DNA of 63,928 bases, the filler included, from Trichosphaerium sp. ATCC 40318 (Eukaryota > Protista > Tubulinea), in assembly GCA_038496445.1 (NCBI GenBank). It is 4 parts of 4 records of this genome, joined end to end, with 100 filler letters (N's around TTAATTAATTAA, not from the genome) between each part and the next. Parts side by side here need not be neighbours in the genome. Positions count along the whole stretch, not along the records: positions 1 to 26,413 come from JALMLS010000576.1; 3 more parts are not named here. The stretch is one strand, 5' to 3'. Numbering within the stretch: the first letter of the stretch is position 1; each line of letters opens with the position of its first letter. This document shows, one piece after another, positions 1 through 13,254 of this stretch. The notes under the pieces were generated by a model that was given only the letters and a program-made list of their open reading frames with translations, had not been told where the DNA came from and ran no database searches. The position numbers and the translations under genes are program-made.

Positions 1-996
1 CTTTCGGATTGCTGAATCTGACAACAATGTTGAGTATTCAGTAACGTTGAGAGACTCTGTATCAAGTCAGAATACAACTATTTCAATGGTGCTTACAACT
101 GATATTGGAGAGCCTATCGATATCTGTGTGCCGTTCACTGACGACTTATCTTCGATTGATGTTGTTCAATACGACATTAACTCTCCTGCTCCAAACGTTG
201 ATGTCAACACCTTCTATACTTGCAGTCAACCAATTGTATCATGTTGGTACGACTATCTTTTGATATCAACATTAAGTAGGTCTTAAATAACACGTGATAA
301 TTGTAGGCACACCATTAGTCCTATTGGAGGTGCTAATATCGACGACTTGAATGTCGGTGATGCAATTGAAGTATCTGTAATGTGTAGAAACTATGAGTCC
401 CTTCTTGCTACAACTCAAGATATCGCTGTATCGTTTGTATTCGATGCTTCAATTGGTACAATGAGTATCATGCCAACATGTACATCCACAACATCGTCAG
501 GAGTAGGCAACAATAACCTTGCTTTCACTGGCACTCTTGATGAGACCGATGAAGCTTCGTGTACTGTCAGAATCGATATGATCGCTCCTGGTCAAGTTAG
601 CAACTTGGCTGCAACCATTAGAACAACCGCAAATAAAAATCCACCAATTAGATCTAATGAAGGAGAAGATATGTACGCCCTCCCTCATTTATCCAATTGC
701 GAACAAATCTAACTTTTGCGAATAGACAAGGAACTCAAGCTTTCTGCAACCCTCCAAAATCATCTACTATCATTGTGCAAGGTAAAAGCGAACCACCTAC
801 AAATTCTGTTCAACCTCCCACAGAACCCGTAGTAAGGAGATGTCGCAATCAACGAAGATGTTTTCGGCTTGTGCAAAGAAACTCATGTATATTTGCTTCC
901 AACTGTGTTGCACGTGTTTGTTCCAACTTCTGTTATAACACTCCGGAATGTATGTTAGACCCATTATGTGCTGGATCCTTCTGGGACAGAGTATAA
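1..996 (+). CDS. 3' part of a spliced, probably secreted/extracellular protein with a Cys-rich C-terminus (5' end outside the window)
   Basis: ORFs 47-286, 347-712 and 697-996 join across short GT..AG introns (about 247-308 and 672-725). Sequence is rich in T/S/D/V, has a P/T linker and ends in a Cys-rich tail. No family recognised. Confidence 0.45.
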
Positions 997-1226
997 CCAA
1001 TTTGTTAATAAACGGGCACTAATCAGTAGTGTACATCTTACAACTTGAAATCTCTCCATAAACTTGTCATTTTTACTAAAACATGCACTGGAAATAACGG
1101 GACATTTAGAGAAATGTGTGTACCAGTCAGCTGGATATGAAGGCTCTGAGGAAATTTGATTGATACAATAAAACTGTGTAGTGCAACTTAAAACCAAAAT
1201 AAAGTTGCGATAGATTGAAAGTGTAT

Positions 1227-1801
1227 TATGAGTGATTGAAAAGATGATTGATTTAAGAATTGTACAATAACTTTTATTTGACAAGTACAGTGATTATTGT
1301 TTGTTTAAATTGTATCTTATTAAATCGTCAAGTCTGATACCCAAATGAAGAAACCAACAATGAGAACCATGAAAAGTAAAGCTAAGGGGAAAACTAAGTT
1401 AATAGCTATTAAACGGTGTCTAATCATAGTACCTTCTGGTTGAGGGTCATAAGAAACTTGAGGTTTTGTTGGTTGATTGATTGACCTTATCAACTGTGAT
1501 GAACTTTGTTTGTATGCTCCTGGTCGGTGATTTGATTTCTGTTGTTGTGATTGAGATGTTTGTATTGTGTTGATAGATTGTTGTTCTCGATATTGCTGTT
1601 GTTCAACGTTTTCGTGTTCAATAGGATACGGTGATGGTACTTGCTGTTTTGTCAAACAAGAATAGCATAGTGAACCAATTAATACAATGTAAAGAAAGAA
1701 GAGTTGTGTCATCGAGTGAGAGTTTGTAAAATGAAGTTAAGTCATTTGTGCTAAATTTCAATCAAGAAAATTACAAACATTTCAAGTCAGATTGATTTTA
1801 C
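1227..1801. repeat. Left arm of a ~575-bp inverted repeat (partner 9360-9938)
   Basis: Reverse complement of 9360-9938 with a few substitutions and a 6-nt indel. It includes the whole small gene plus flanks. Confidence 0.95.
1320..1712 (-). CDS. Small single-pass membrane protein (signal peptide, Gln-rich linker, C-terminal TM), copy 1
   Basis: 130-aa intronless ORF with hydrophobic N- and C-termini; frame is conserved in the paralog at 9448-9846. Confidence 0.7.
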   Translation of the reverse strand: MTQLFFLYIVLIGSLCYSCLTKQQVPSPYPIEHENVEQQQYREQQSINTIQTSQSQQQKSNHRPGAYKQSSSQLIRSINQPTKPQVSYDPQPEGTMIRHRLIAINLVFPLALLFMVLIVGFFIWVSDLTI

Positions 1802-1970
1802 CATGTATTATAGAAATCAGCGCTAGATTGAGACCTATGTAAAACAATCCAATGCTCAAGCGCAGTAAAGGAAATACAAAGGACACAAAAGGAAAAAACA
1901 GGTTGAAACAATTACTAATATCTATCAAGTACATGGCGGCGTTTATTGGTTGTTTGCTGTGTATGCTACT

Positions 1971-3877
1971 TTATAACACTCCTTTAATTCCTTTAATATT
2001 TTGAACAGGTAGAAATGATGATGCCCATTTCCGAAGTGCCGGAGGACAGCCATAAGCACACCAACAAATAAAAAAGAAAGCACTTAACCTACGCAGAAAA
2101 ATCAATTAAAAAACATAAAAAAAATTAAACTTACCACGCATCACGTGTTAAGTATTTTATACTCTCTCCTGTTGTAGAAGTAGTATCAACTTTGTTATAT
2201 TTATCCATATCATTGCTTAATTTCATTAGTACAAAAATAAGTAGTAGGTGGGTATAACGTACTAGTCTATTTGTTTAAGACTTTTTGGGTCATTTGAAAT
2301 ACAAGTCACTCGAATCTGATCCTCATCAATCTCTTTAAGGTAACCATACATTGCTTTATCAGATGTGTATTTACAAATTATCAACTCTGAACCATTAGTG
2401 AGCGTGCACCTGATTTTAAAAAAAGAGTTAGAGTGGCGTAATAGAACAAAGAATAAACCAAAGTTGTTTCGTACTTTGCAATATTTGATGTGATTGATGT
2501 ATTGTCAGTATCTAAAAATACAAACACGCGTTGCATGTTTTGTACAGCAGGACAATACGCAAACTGCCGTATGAGATGAAAAACAACCTCAAAAATGTTT
2601 TCTGGTGCGATAGTTGTTGACATTCCTCTATCTCTAAATTTTAATAGAGTTTTTTGTGTAAGATGAAACGCTAAATTGCTGGCATCCAGCACCATTGCCA
2701 CGTGCTTTGCAAAGCTAAAAAGAATACAATCAATACACAGAATAGAGATGTTAAAAAAGTAATGATCACGTGCTTTTTAGGACCACTAATCTGCCTGAGT
2801 GTGAAGAAACTTTTTTCTTCGGTTGATAATTCGTTTATTTTTTTTGAAATGTCAATATCATTTACAGCAGGTATTTGTGGCCATGGCTTCTTTGTTCTTT
2901 TCCTAGATAGGCGCTTTTGTTTCTTTGATGTTGGTGCAGGAGATTGATTAGTAGTATCATCCTACAATACAAAGTGAGTCCACAAAAAAAAAGCGACAAA
3001 GAAAAAAAAAACCCACAAAACTTACTCTTTTTCTTTTTTCTCCTTGTTTATTCTGTGATTGCTTTTGGCTTTTGTTTATTGTTGTTATGCTTGTACGCTT
3101 CTTTTTGCGTCCTGGAGTTGATTTCTTTGATTCCTTTGTATCTGTTGGGATAGTACCGATAGTATGAAGTTGTTGTTTATGTTGATCCTTCTTATGAGGT
3201 GTCAACAACACTTTGCCTCTTGAAACCTTTTTCTTTGGTGTTCCAATAAACACAGCTTGCGTTACAGTTAGTTTCGAAAGGTTTTCATCACGAAAAGGAT
3301 TATTTGAAGCGAAAAGTTGAGAAATTGGATAAAAAAGTGATGGATTGGTGTAAACTGGCAGGCACATACTTGGAAACGCGCTTTTAGCTGGTTTAAGCGA
3401 TTTTTTCCTCTTTGACTTTTCAGGTTCCGAATTATTTTCTTCTGTAGGTGTTGTCGTGTCTTCTGGAGCGTCTTCCATTTGAGTGTCAGTTGGATCGGCG
3501 TATAATGCTGCAAAGGGATCAACTATCGTTTTAGTCGATTTTTTAACCTTTACAGGCGTAGACGCCTTTGTTTTCTTCTTTTTGGTAGCTTCTTTCTTAA
3601 CTTTTTTCTTGGGCTTCACAGTCTCGTTTTTAGACTGTTTTACATATTTTTCAGGCGTTTTCGCAGGTTTTGAGGGCTTTGTATCCTTTTTCTCTTCCTT
3701 TGCCTCAGGTTTCGCAATTGGTTCGTCTTCCGACATACTGAGGTCATAGAGATCATCGTCATCGTCTTCGTTAGCTTCACTTCCGCCCTCACTAAAAACG
3801 TCTAAATCCAAGTCATCTAGATCGTCGTCTGCCTAGGCATTAACATTTAATAATTGCCGTACAGCTTCGCTTACCAT
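1971..3877 (-). CDS. Spliced gene: acidic/Lys-rich low-complexity N-terminus plus C-terminal NYN/PIN-like nuclease domain
   Basis: First exon is ATG only (ATG|gtaagc at 3877). Phase-consistent exons give VLDASNL...VFVFLD...YTSDKAM...VTCISND, the four-acidic-motif pattern of NYN/PIN domains. Stop at 1971-1973. Confidence 0.55.
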
Positions 3878-4147
3878 TGTTGAGCTTTAATTCGAAGTAT
3901 AACAGTTTTAATACCGTTGACATTCAATTCAAATAATATCCGAAAACATTTCCATATTTTCGACCTTTGTGACCCTTAGCTGACACAATTGTTACTGGCT
4001 TACAAGAGGAGAAAAAGAGGTGGTAGCCGTTACAGAAGTGATCTTTGTAGGCTTTAGAAAGCTGTGAAGACTGAAGTTACATGAATCTTTGTGAGGGCTT
4101 AGTTGTTTTTTAGTGTACAGTGTTTGAATCATACGATAGTTCATATG

Positions 4148-6529
4148 CTAGCTAATGGGTACCTGTTCCATATCATTCAATTCTTTGTCCATTCTTGGCT
4201 GAGAAGCGAAGAATTGAGTCACTGGAGCATCGACAAGTGGCATCACACCACGGCTAACTTGACCAAGCTCGACATCAGGCCTATAGAAAATTTACAAAAG
4301 TGTTAAGGGAGTATTCGTATCAAGTACCTAGCATGTTTGATTGTTGCTACTAATGTATCAACGTCTCCTTTCCACCAATAAGGAATCAAAACTAGCGTAA
4401 TACCTAAATCATTGTTGAGAATGCTGCTTTAATACGTTTAAGACATACCTAGCTCGGCGCAAACTCGCTGCTTTTTAGCATCAGCAATCTGGTAACGGCT
4501 TACTTTATGATACAAATTATGATAATGCTGCTCTCCTGAACCAAAGGAATTTAATACAAAGGAGAATTAAAATGACTATAAAATTGATGAACACTTTTTT
4601 GTACCTTGGTACTCAATAGCTAGATTGTAGTGTGGTATATAAACATCTAGGGTAAGAACACCATTTCTTAAATACATGATTTGCTCTTCAGCAACCTTGT
4701 ATTTACTCGGTATTCTGTTCCGTATGTATTTATAAACAAGTCTATTTGGGGTTATTTCAACTTGCTAACTAATAAAGTGATGCCTTGCCTTTGAGTTGCT
4801 CGCTTGTCTCTATTATTAAATAGTTTCCAGTTAAAGTTATATCCTGGATGCAACTCCTGAAGCACTTGAGGCCAATATCTACATAATGGTTAACGATATC
4901 GCTGTCACTCTTCTCACGTACCGAATTAATCCTCTACCTCCAATGTTTGACATCTGCGAAGCTGAAACACGATACCTAATTGACTTCCATGAGTATGACG
5001 TTATAAACGAAACATTCGCACCATGCATCTGGCTGTTGTATTTGGAGCCTGCTCTGAGCAGCCTTTAAGAAAGGCATGTAATTTGCTCGTTTTTGCCAAA
5101 ACTGCTTTGGCGCATTTCTACAGGTGTCACTTTCTTAAATCCTTCTTACTTTGATATGAAAGCAAAAGTATATTATTACTCACTTGAACATACTTTCTTT
5201 CCACTTGTGATCAGGGTATGCAATAGAAAGCAATCGTAGCATCGAATTGTTAACACTAAAAATCACAATCAAAGAAAAGAAAAAAAGACGTTTGTGATAA
5301 AAACCAACCAACCTTGTAAGTAAACTCGAACCGCCAAGATCGTTAAGAGTCCTCAATGTAATTTCATACCATCCATCCAAATCCTTTATACCAATAGACT
5401 TAGCTGCATCGTTCAAGAATACATGAATATTTTGATTATCAAGCCAATACTTACTGGGCTTTCTATACCAGTAGGTTAGCGTTCAACGAATCTGAAGGAG
5501 CCGAAGCATTGCCTAAATCTGTTGATATCCCAATCGTGTTCACTATATATTGTACGAAGAGCGTTGTACAGGGATCCATTGTACCTAAACAATAAAATTG
5601 TTAAAACTTAAATTATTCTATTAACTTACTGATGCACAAGCAAGCCTGCTCCTCCTTGTTTCATGACAACTGACGATTGTATTCCATACCAATCGTCAAG
5701 ACTATCATGACCAAGTTTTATAGAAAGCATATCAAAATACTTTCTCTGAGTTTTAAGGCAGCTCCAAAACTTTCGCGGCTTCCTTAGAAATAAAAGTTAA
5801 CAACTAAACGAGCGCGCAAAAGTAGTACTACAAACCCTGTACTAAAATGTATAGCTTCCCACTTATAATGAGGGTATATGACCTGAAGTGCTTCAAAGGG
5901 AGATCCATTGTACCTAAAAAAAAAACAACATGAGAAATTGCATATTTTCAAATTGTTTGTGTATACACGTGATTTATTATTGTTGCTCCTCCAAAATTTC
6001 GTATTGTCTTTGCACCAATATTATACCATCCATCATAAGTATGTATACGTAACTGTCGACCAAGTGTTTCATAGAACATTTTGTGATTGTTGAAATCGTT
6101 CCAAAAGCCCCAAGCTGTTTCCCTAAACAAAAACTCGACGTTATGATTCAGTAGAGCACTCCAAAGAGTTAGGAATGTACCTGAAGTGCCAATGATACCA
6201 CTCGTAGTTAGGAAAAGCGTTTGTGATGGCGTTAGCGATGGAATTGTTGTATCTGTTAGTTGTAAGTGTTTTGATACTATGCGAATGATTTTGACGCGTC
6301 TTGTACCGGTTTAATGATATTTTAGCTTGATCATTGTATTTAAAGTGCTTAGGCGTCGTTTCATACCAATCATCTAGCGTCTTTACGCCTATACCCGTTG
6401 CTAGATTATTAAATACATTTCTGTCTTGTTTTAGCAACCTTTTTGCGTTGGTACGTTTCTACGTTATGTACAGTTAGAGTATAAACCTCTGGGAACGTAA
6501 CTTACTGCTGTAACGCGTCTTATACGCAT
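4148..6529 (-). CDS. Spliced helical-repeat protein with C-terminal PD-(D/E)XK (RAP/Vsr-like) nuclease domain
   Basis: Repeated units of the type FW..FF..L...LGI...DDWY....GG..LL..Y..S....L...YP...W. C-terminus reads LDVYIPHYNLAIEYQGEQHY...DAKKQRVCAELGITLVLIPYWW. N-terminus is basic (MRIRRVTAKRTNAKRLL). Exact termini uncertain. Confidence 0.65.
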
Positions 6530-6635
6530 TGTTGTTACAGTTTACACTACGATCCATTATAACACTGTATAACAGTGAGCAGGTTACTGTATGACTACAG
6601 GCATGGCTATACCGAAAATAACGCGTTAGCAAGTC

Positions 6636-8837
6636 ATGTCAAGTCCAGATGTCGCTGTTCAGTCAACACCGTCTGTGCATAACTACAGTGTAGTGGAGAA
6701 ACCGAAATGAAGACAAAATCAATATTCAAGTACCCCAAACCCCGCCCCACCTTCGCTAATAGTCTAGGTCTATTGGATCGTCCATACTTACGCTCAAGGA
6801 GAAGACAGAACACCGGACAAAGTATGTACTTCTACATTTAACAGAATGCGTTAAAAAACACTCGTAACGCACGTACTAAGGTACACATATATCAAAACAG
6901 GCAAAGAGGGCAGAAAAGAGGTATTGTGTCTGCAATTAGCAGCAATAGATCACACAAGCGATTCAAAGACATCAGGGAAGCTATGGTACGCGTTAATATT
7001 GGCTGTAACGGCTTTTAGCCGAAATATTATTCTTACTCTCTGTGGTAGCCTTTCCAATAACCGCATTTTGTTCTTTAATAGCACTCAACTATTTAATCAA
7101 GTGCCTCAAAAGGACATCAACTTTAAATACGTCAAACGGATAACAAAACGTCATTCTTACGTACTACATGAATCTGTATGTATTGTAGAGATAACGATCA
7201 AGAAAGTTAACCTTGTACCGAAGTTTGGAGGTGCGCTAAACCATAATTTTTCGCGAATCAATCTAGATTGACAAAAACCACAAAACTCCATTTTTGGTGA
7301 CTTGTCTAATGACGTGTTCATTCGGGCGTAATCACTTTGAATACTCAATAATGCTGTTTACATTATTACAGTCAATTCTTTGTTGTATAATGTTGTTGTG
7401 GCGTTAACGCTCACAACGAGAAAAAATCGCGAAAAATTACAGTTGTAAATTTTTTCTATCTATCACGATTTGTTAATTGTTATTAGGCTGGGCTTCAGGA
7501 CAGACACTGCTATTTCATTGTCGCAAAAAAAATACAGTAAGTCTTATTGCAAGTAAATCAAAAGTAGTTTTCTAAAAAGGGTGTATTTGCAGGACTTATT
7601 TATTGATTGGGCTGAAACTTTAAAGAGTATGCCAAATGACCCACAGCTAAGGAGGAATAAAGCCAAGGAACTTATTAATACGAAAAGACAAGAAACACGT
7701 GCTAACGTTATGTCACGCCTGCTATTTAAACACTCCAACAAAACAGGGCAAGACGAGTCTAGTCATAACAGTACAAACAAAATCAAATTCAGAAATTTCC
7801 TTCGTTGGCCTGGTGACAAGAATATTCCTCCTGGTAAAGCTACTCTACATGCATCTAGGGATATACATAGAAGAGGATTTACATCAAAACCAGATACTCA
7901 ACTAGCTGATATTGATCCAAACATGTCTTTTTCTGAAACAATGAGTGGATATAATTTTTCAGAATCGATGTCTGGTCTTGAGTTTTCTTATTCATCTTAT
8001 TCAGATGAGCTCACACAAGATGAGTTCTCAGATATGGATACACCAGTATCAGGACTAATGAGGACAACGTCTGTAGAGATGAATCATTTGAGACAGCAGA
8101 TGCATATCAAAGAGCTTGAAGATCAGCTTGGCCTTTTAATCACGACTTTAGAATCCTACCTTCAACAGACAGGTTCTTCTACCAGTCTCGCATCATTATT
8201 TCAAAACGTGGATCACTCTCAACTTGCATTAATCCTATTTATTACACGTGCGTCATTGTGTGCTATATGTAGCGACGGGTATTTGCTGTTTTTGTTAGTG
8301 CTTATTATTGTTATAGTTTGGTTAACAAGTGTATTGTCATCGTATATTTCGCTTGTGCTTCTACTGTCTTTGGTGTTGAGCATTGTTTTACTTGCGACGC
8401 CAGTAATCAAGATTATATTTACACTTAAACAACAAGAAGATGGTAGGAACGTTTGATTGTGACACGTCATTTTTGCTTACTTTATTGTTTCTAAAGGCGA
8501 GCACCAGAATGAAGAACAAGACGGAGAGAATGCAACGCTTCACAGGATTATAGCTTGCCTCAAAGAGCTTGATTATCGTCAACATATGTTCTCTAATAGT
8601 TACACTTGGAATAGCATTGTGGAGATATTATTTTGGAAGGTAATACTTCATGAGTTACCTTTTTGTTTAAATTAACTTTATTCTTAGGAGTTCTCAACGT
8701 CGTTTTTGACTTCACTGTTTTTGTTATTTGTAGCTTACGCAGCTTATCGGTTATCGACTACAATAGTTTTTGTTGGTATGGCGTTCGCTTGGGCAGTGTC
8801 TTTTCTAAGGCATGACAAATTGATATCCGAGGAATAG
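6636..8837 (+). CDS. Spliced GRAM-like-domain protein with a multi-TM C-terminus
   Basis: Joined exons give GKLC|LSNNRILFFNSTQLF...DINFKYVKRITK (GRAM-like). ORF 7581-8456 adds a coiled coil and hydrophobic helices. Start uncertain. Confidence 0.45.
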
Positions 8838-9359
8838 GCGAAAAACGCTTGATGTAATTTTATATAAAACACATGTAATTTTTTTGTACAATTTTTGGTA
8901 CTGTTAAGATGAGCCTGCACACTAGCTAGTGCTTGTTTGTTTATTATAAATTAAAAAACCTATTAAAAACCCTCACTATTTCTTCTTGTATAGTTCAGTC
9001 ATTAGCACTAGCGTATGCAAAGAGCTTGCAAAGTAAAACACAGAAAATAGAAGATATCATTTTTAGTTGCACACGTTTTGCAATCACCTTTAAGGGTTAT
9101 ACGCGTGTAAGGTGCACCTTGTAGTACCACAGCAATTTATGTGATGCCATGACTGATTCTACACAAATTCTTCAGTCGAGTGTACGTCATTGTATTTTTT
9201 GGATAGGAAGGCAAGCCATGGAATGTTGTTTGCACGTGATGCCTTTCACAAAAAACCTTTTTATTTCAGTTCATTGATGAGATGAATGTACTCACAAGGT
9301 ACTATTGTTCTTATTCATTGTTTAATCTAAAATGTATTCGAGAGTGATTAAGTCCTTAT

Positions 9360-9938
9360 GTAAAATCAATCTGACTTGAAATGTTTGTAATTTTCTTGAT
9401 TGAAATTTAGGCAAATGACTTAACTTCATTTTACAAACTCTCACTCGATGACACAACTCTTCTTTCTTTACATTGTATTAATTGGTTCACTGTGCTATTC
9501 TTGTTTGACAAAACAGCAAGTACCATCACCGTATCCTATTGAACACGAAAACGTTGAACAACAGCAATATCGAGAACAAAAACAACAATCTATCAACACA
9601 ATACAAACATCTCAATCACAACAACAGAAGTCAAATCACCGACCAGGAGCATACAAACAAAGTTCATCACAGTTGATAAGGTCAATCAATCAACAAACAA
9701 AACCTCAAGTTTCTTATGACCCTCAACCAGAAGGTACTCTGATTAAACACCGTTTGATAACTATTAACTTTACTTTCCCCTTAGCTTTACTTTTCATGGT
9801 TCTCATTGTTGGTTTCTTCATTTGGGTATCAGACTTGAAGATTTAATAAGATACAATTTAAACAAACAGTAATTACTGTACTTGTCAAATAAAGTTATTG
9901 TACAATTCTTAAATCAATCATCTTTTCAATCACTCATA
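9360..9938. repeat. Right arm of the ~575-bp inverted repeat (partner 1227-1801)
   Basis: Direct reverse-complement match to 1227-1801. Confidence 0.95.
9448..9846 (+). CDS. Small single-pass membrane protein, copy 2
   Basis: 132 aa, near-identical to 1320-1712; differences cluster near the TM helix. Confidence 0.7.
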   Translation: MTQLFFLYIVLIGSLCYSCLTKQQVPSPYPIEHENVEQQQYREQKQQSINTIQTSQSQQQKSNHRPGAYKQSSSQLIRSINQQTKPQVSYDPQPEGTLIKHRLITINFTFPLALLFMVLIVGFFIWVSDLKI

Positions 9939-10202
9939 CCTTTGCACCGCACGGAAGTGGTATAAAATCTTGTAAAATGGCTTAAATCGAACATGTCCTT
10001 TAAACTGTCCACTTGTTTTCATGGTTTCAATTTGTCTAGCCAAAGTAAGAATTGCTCTAATTGATAGTACAGGATTGCCTATCAATAAATTACCTGACGA
10101 AGTCAGTTTTTATCTAATTTGGTACCACAAAAAACTACATTTATTATAAAAGAAGTAAGCAGCTAAGTCAAGGCTATTTCTCAACTTTTGTTAAGTGTTC
10201 TT

Positions 10203-13200
10203 TTATGTAGCGTGATTCAATACAAAGTTATCAAACTGAGTATAATCAAAACTACTACCAACAGCAGCCCAACCATTGCTAGTTTTTTTAAATTAATAGA
10301 ACTCTGCATTGTCTTTTTCGATTTGGTAGCGTACTTGTATGAAGAGCTATTCACCGTTCCTATTAGATTATTATCAACATAAGCAGATACAGTACTAGAT
10401 GTAACATTCAATCTAATGTTATGCCATTTGTTAGTTCCAAAAGAAAGTGTTCCTGATTTTAGTGTCTGTTTTTGGAAAAAAGGTTAGATGACCACATGAT
10501 CGAACTTTATACTTAGTGTATACCTCAGCACCAGCAAGAATACTCCAGGCACCAGTGACACTAATCTTAAAAAAATATCCTAACAACGTGAGTTTGTATG
10601 AAATTCCAAAAGTAGAACCGAGAATAATGTACCATTGTTGTAACTTTCAGAGCATCCTCCGTAGCCAACGCGAGCTAGTACAATCTTTTAGTAACCGCTT
10701 TAATAATCACAAATCTTTAGAACGTACCTCCTGCGACGATATTTCCTTTTGATTCGATCAAGGCATCAAACTCAACAGTCATATCCCTTTATTAACATCA
10801 ATGTCAGAAAACAGTCCAAATGACACTTTTTTATTGGTACCTCCATGTATCATCTCCGATAAGAGTAATTGGTTGAGAAGATTCTGTACACCATTTTATT
10901 GGTGGTTCTGGTACTACTTGTCTCATTGTGTTACCTTTAGAAGACTTGTATATTTCCCAAACGCCTGTTTGATCCATGAAGTATTTTCCTTCTTGAAACT
11001 CAGGGTATGACTCAAAGTTATCTGACCACTTGTCTGGAAAACTTTTGGCTGGTGGCGGTGTTCCATAACTTCCTTTAGCACCGCCAGACATAGTGGTTAC
11101 GGTAATGAGTTCATCCAAACCTATACAACGTTAAAAAACTATCAAAATTCTCTTGTGAAAAATCGTACCAAGTTGCATAGTGATTTCTCCATTCTTTGGC
11201 ATTACAGTAGAATGTTTGAAGTACACCACTTGGGATTCATTGGCAGAAAAATGAGAGTACCAAATATTGAGTGGTTCTAAAAATAGATGGATGTTAGCTA
11301 AGAAAAAAACACGTGCTAACAATTTAAGTAGCGAATTTATCACGTGCCGTCTGATTTTAATCCTTCAAGTTGGAATGTTACATTCTGAGGCTTAACTTCG
11401 TATGGCGGTAGGTGCGGTCTATGGTAGTTAGCAAGCAGCAACTTTAATTTTTTGTTGCACCTGATACAAAGTGAGTTATCATGTGTCATGGTTTCAATAA
11501 CCATAGTAAAGTCTCCATTCGCTTCAGGAGGTACTAGCGTTACAACACTTCCGCCTAAGAATAAAGTGTTAGTTTTTTAAGCAAACGTTTATGATTTTAC
11601 CTTCAGGTAAATGACCAACGCCTGAGCCGTGCTTTAGATACTTCCAACCAGGTTTTGTGAACTTTGATAACAAAATAAGCAAATAAACAGCTTCGTAACA
11701 CTGACTAACGTACTTGTGTCGTGTGAGCGCTGCCCCAAATAGTACCGGATACAACATAAGAGCCGCTGTTAGAAATTTGTTAACTAGGACGTACGCTATA
11801 AATACTACCTCCACGGCCACCATGACCACATGAGTCCATCTCCTTTGTATGGAAACCCTGGGTCCCACGCAGCAATAAGACTCCATGAGATTGTACTTGT
11901 CATGTACCCATTAACGCTATTTTAAACAAATAAGGAAAGTGTGATTGAAGCTTCTTAGTTTTTACTAATTTTGGTTCAAAATACGAGCCCAGCATCCACT
12001 GCCAACATTATTTGAGTGTGTAGAATAATCTTCAGATGACCAAAGAGGAGTGACAAGCGCCACAGCATCAGGTGTGCTAGTAGTGCCAGGATAGTGAACT
12101 TACAAATATTACAAAAATAGCACTTGTTCGCTACATACCTCCTACAACGTCCACTGCTTCTTTTAATTCTGGATTACTCGTCATGTCTAATAGCTTTAGT
12201 GAAAGATTTACTAATGAAAACAAAACCTTCCACGATTTTCCACTTGTTCCCGGCGCTATCGGCAGCTACAATCTTTGTTTTGAGTCCAGCAGCAGTAATA
12301 GCCTTGCTTGAAACAAAGAGTTTGTTTAGCGAACTTGAAACAACAAACACACCTGAGGTTTATAATATAGTCAACTTGGTAAGGCCTCTCGTTCCAAATA
12401 CCAATGTAGTCGATTTCAATATTGTAGTTAGCTTTAACACCTTAACAAAAGTCATTATGCAACACGTGGTTTGAATAACACTCACCTTGGAGCCATTTCA
12501 CCTGGTAGTCAATATTGTCTTGGGAGAAATAGTCACCAATCCATCCAGGTACACCCCAAGATAAAGCATAAGTGATGATGTCAGGGTTTCTCTTCTTTGC
12601 CTCTACTAAAAGCCAAAATTCGTATCCTGTAGTAATTAACATCAAGCTGCAGAAATAAATAAGCGCTGTGCACCTCTCTTGAAGTTAAGGTCTTCTTTGA
12701 AGTGCATGTGGCTAGATTCAGTTCCATCTGTACTTTGAGTGTCACCACCGATTTCTACTTTCAGAATATGAAGCGAAGCGCCGAAATTAGGCTTGAACAG
12801 CTAAAAAACCAAGGTCACGTGGTGTACAATGAGGGTCTGTATCCATTAGCGTACATAGTCGAGTATCTGAGAGCGATAAGGTTCCTCGTAGTCAACAAGA
12901 AGGCGAGAACTGGCACCTAAAGTATTCATTACAATCTTGGACTAGCACTGTGCTACTACCGGCGCTGAGTCCTCCAATACCTTACATAAAATTAGAATCA
13001 AGCGAAGATATCCGAAATAAACAAATTCGAAAGAAAAGTAGTGCTAGTTAGTGTTGTGATCCATCAACCGTTTTTTTTTCGTTTGATTAATTTTCACGTG
13101 CTTACCATAAAACATTCTTTCGGTGTCTTTACCATTCACAATAATGTTGGCCGCATACGCAACCTGTAACATGATTAAACGGCATGTATTTATTAGGAAA

Positions 13201-13254
13201 TAGATGTCGTACTGCCAACACCAAGAAAACAGCGATCGTACGCTGCAGCATCAT
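10203..13254 (-). CDS. GALC: Galactosylceramidase (glycoside hydrolase family 59), multi-exon
   Basis: Signal peptide, then [81 protein letters not shown]. Spliced C-terminus is [18 protein letters not shown]. Confidence 0.93.

Noticed and set aside
1227-9938. Polinton/Maverick or virophage with long TIRs
   Set aside because: No pPolB, integrase, packaging ATPase or capsid; interior genes are intron-rich; no TSD.
10217-10411. Apparent C-terminal TM anchor on GALC ([20 protein letters not shown])
   Set aside because: This is intron read-through in the wrong frame; splicing gtacgc...ctag restores the canonical [18 protein letters not shown] end.
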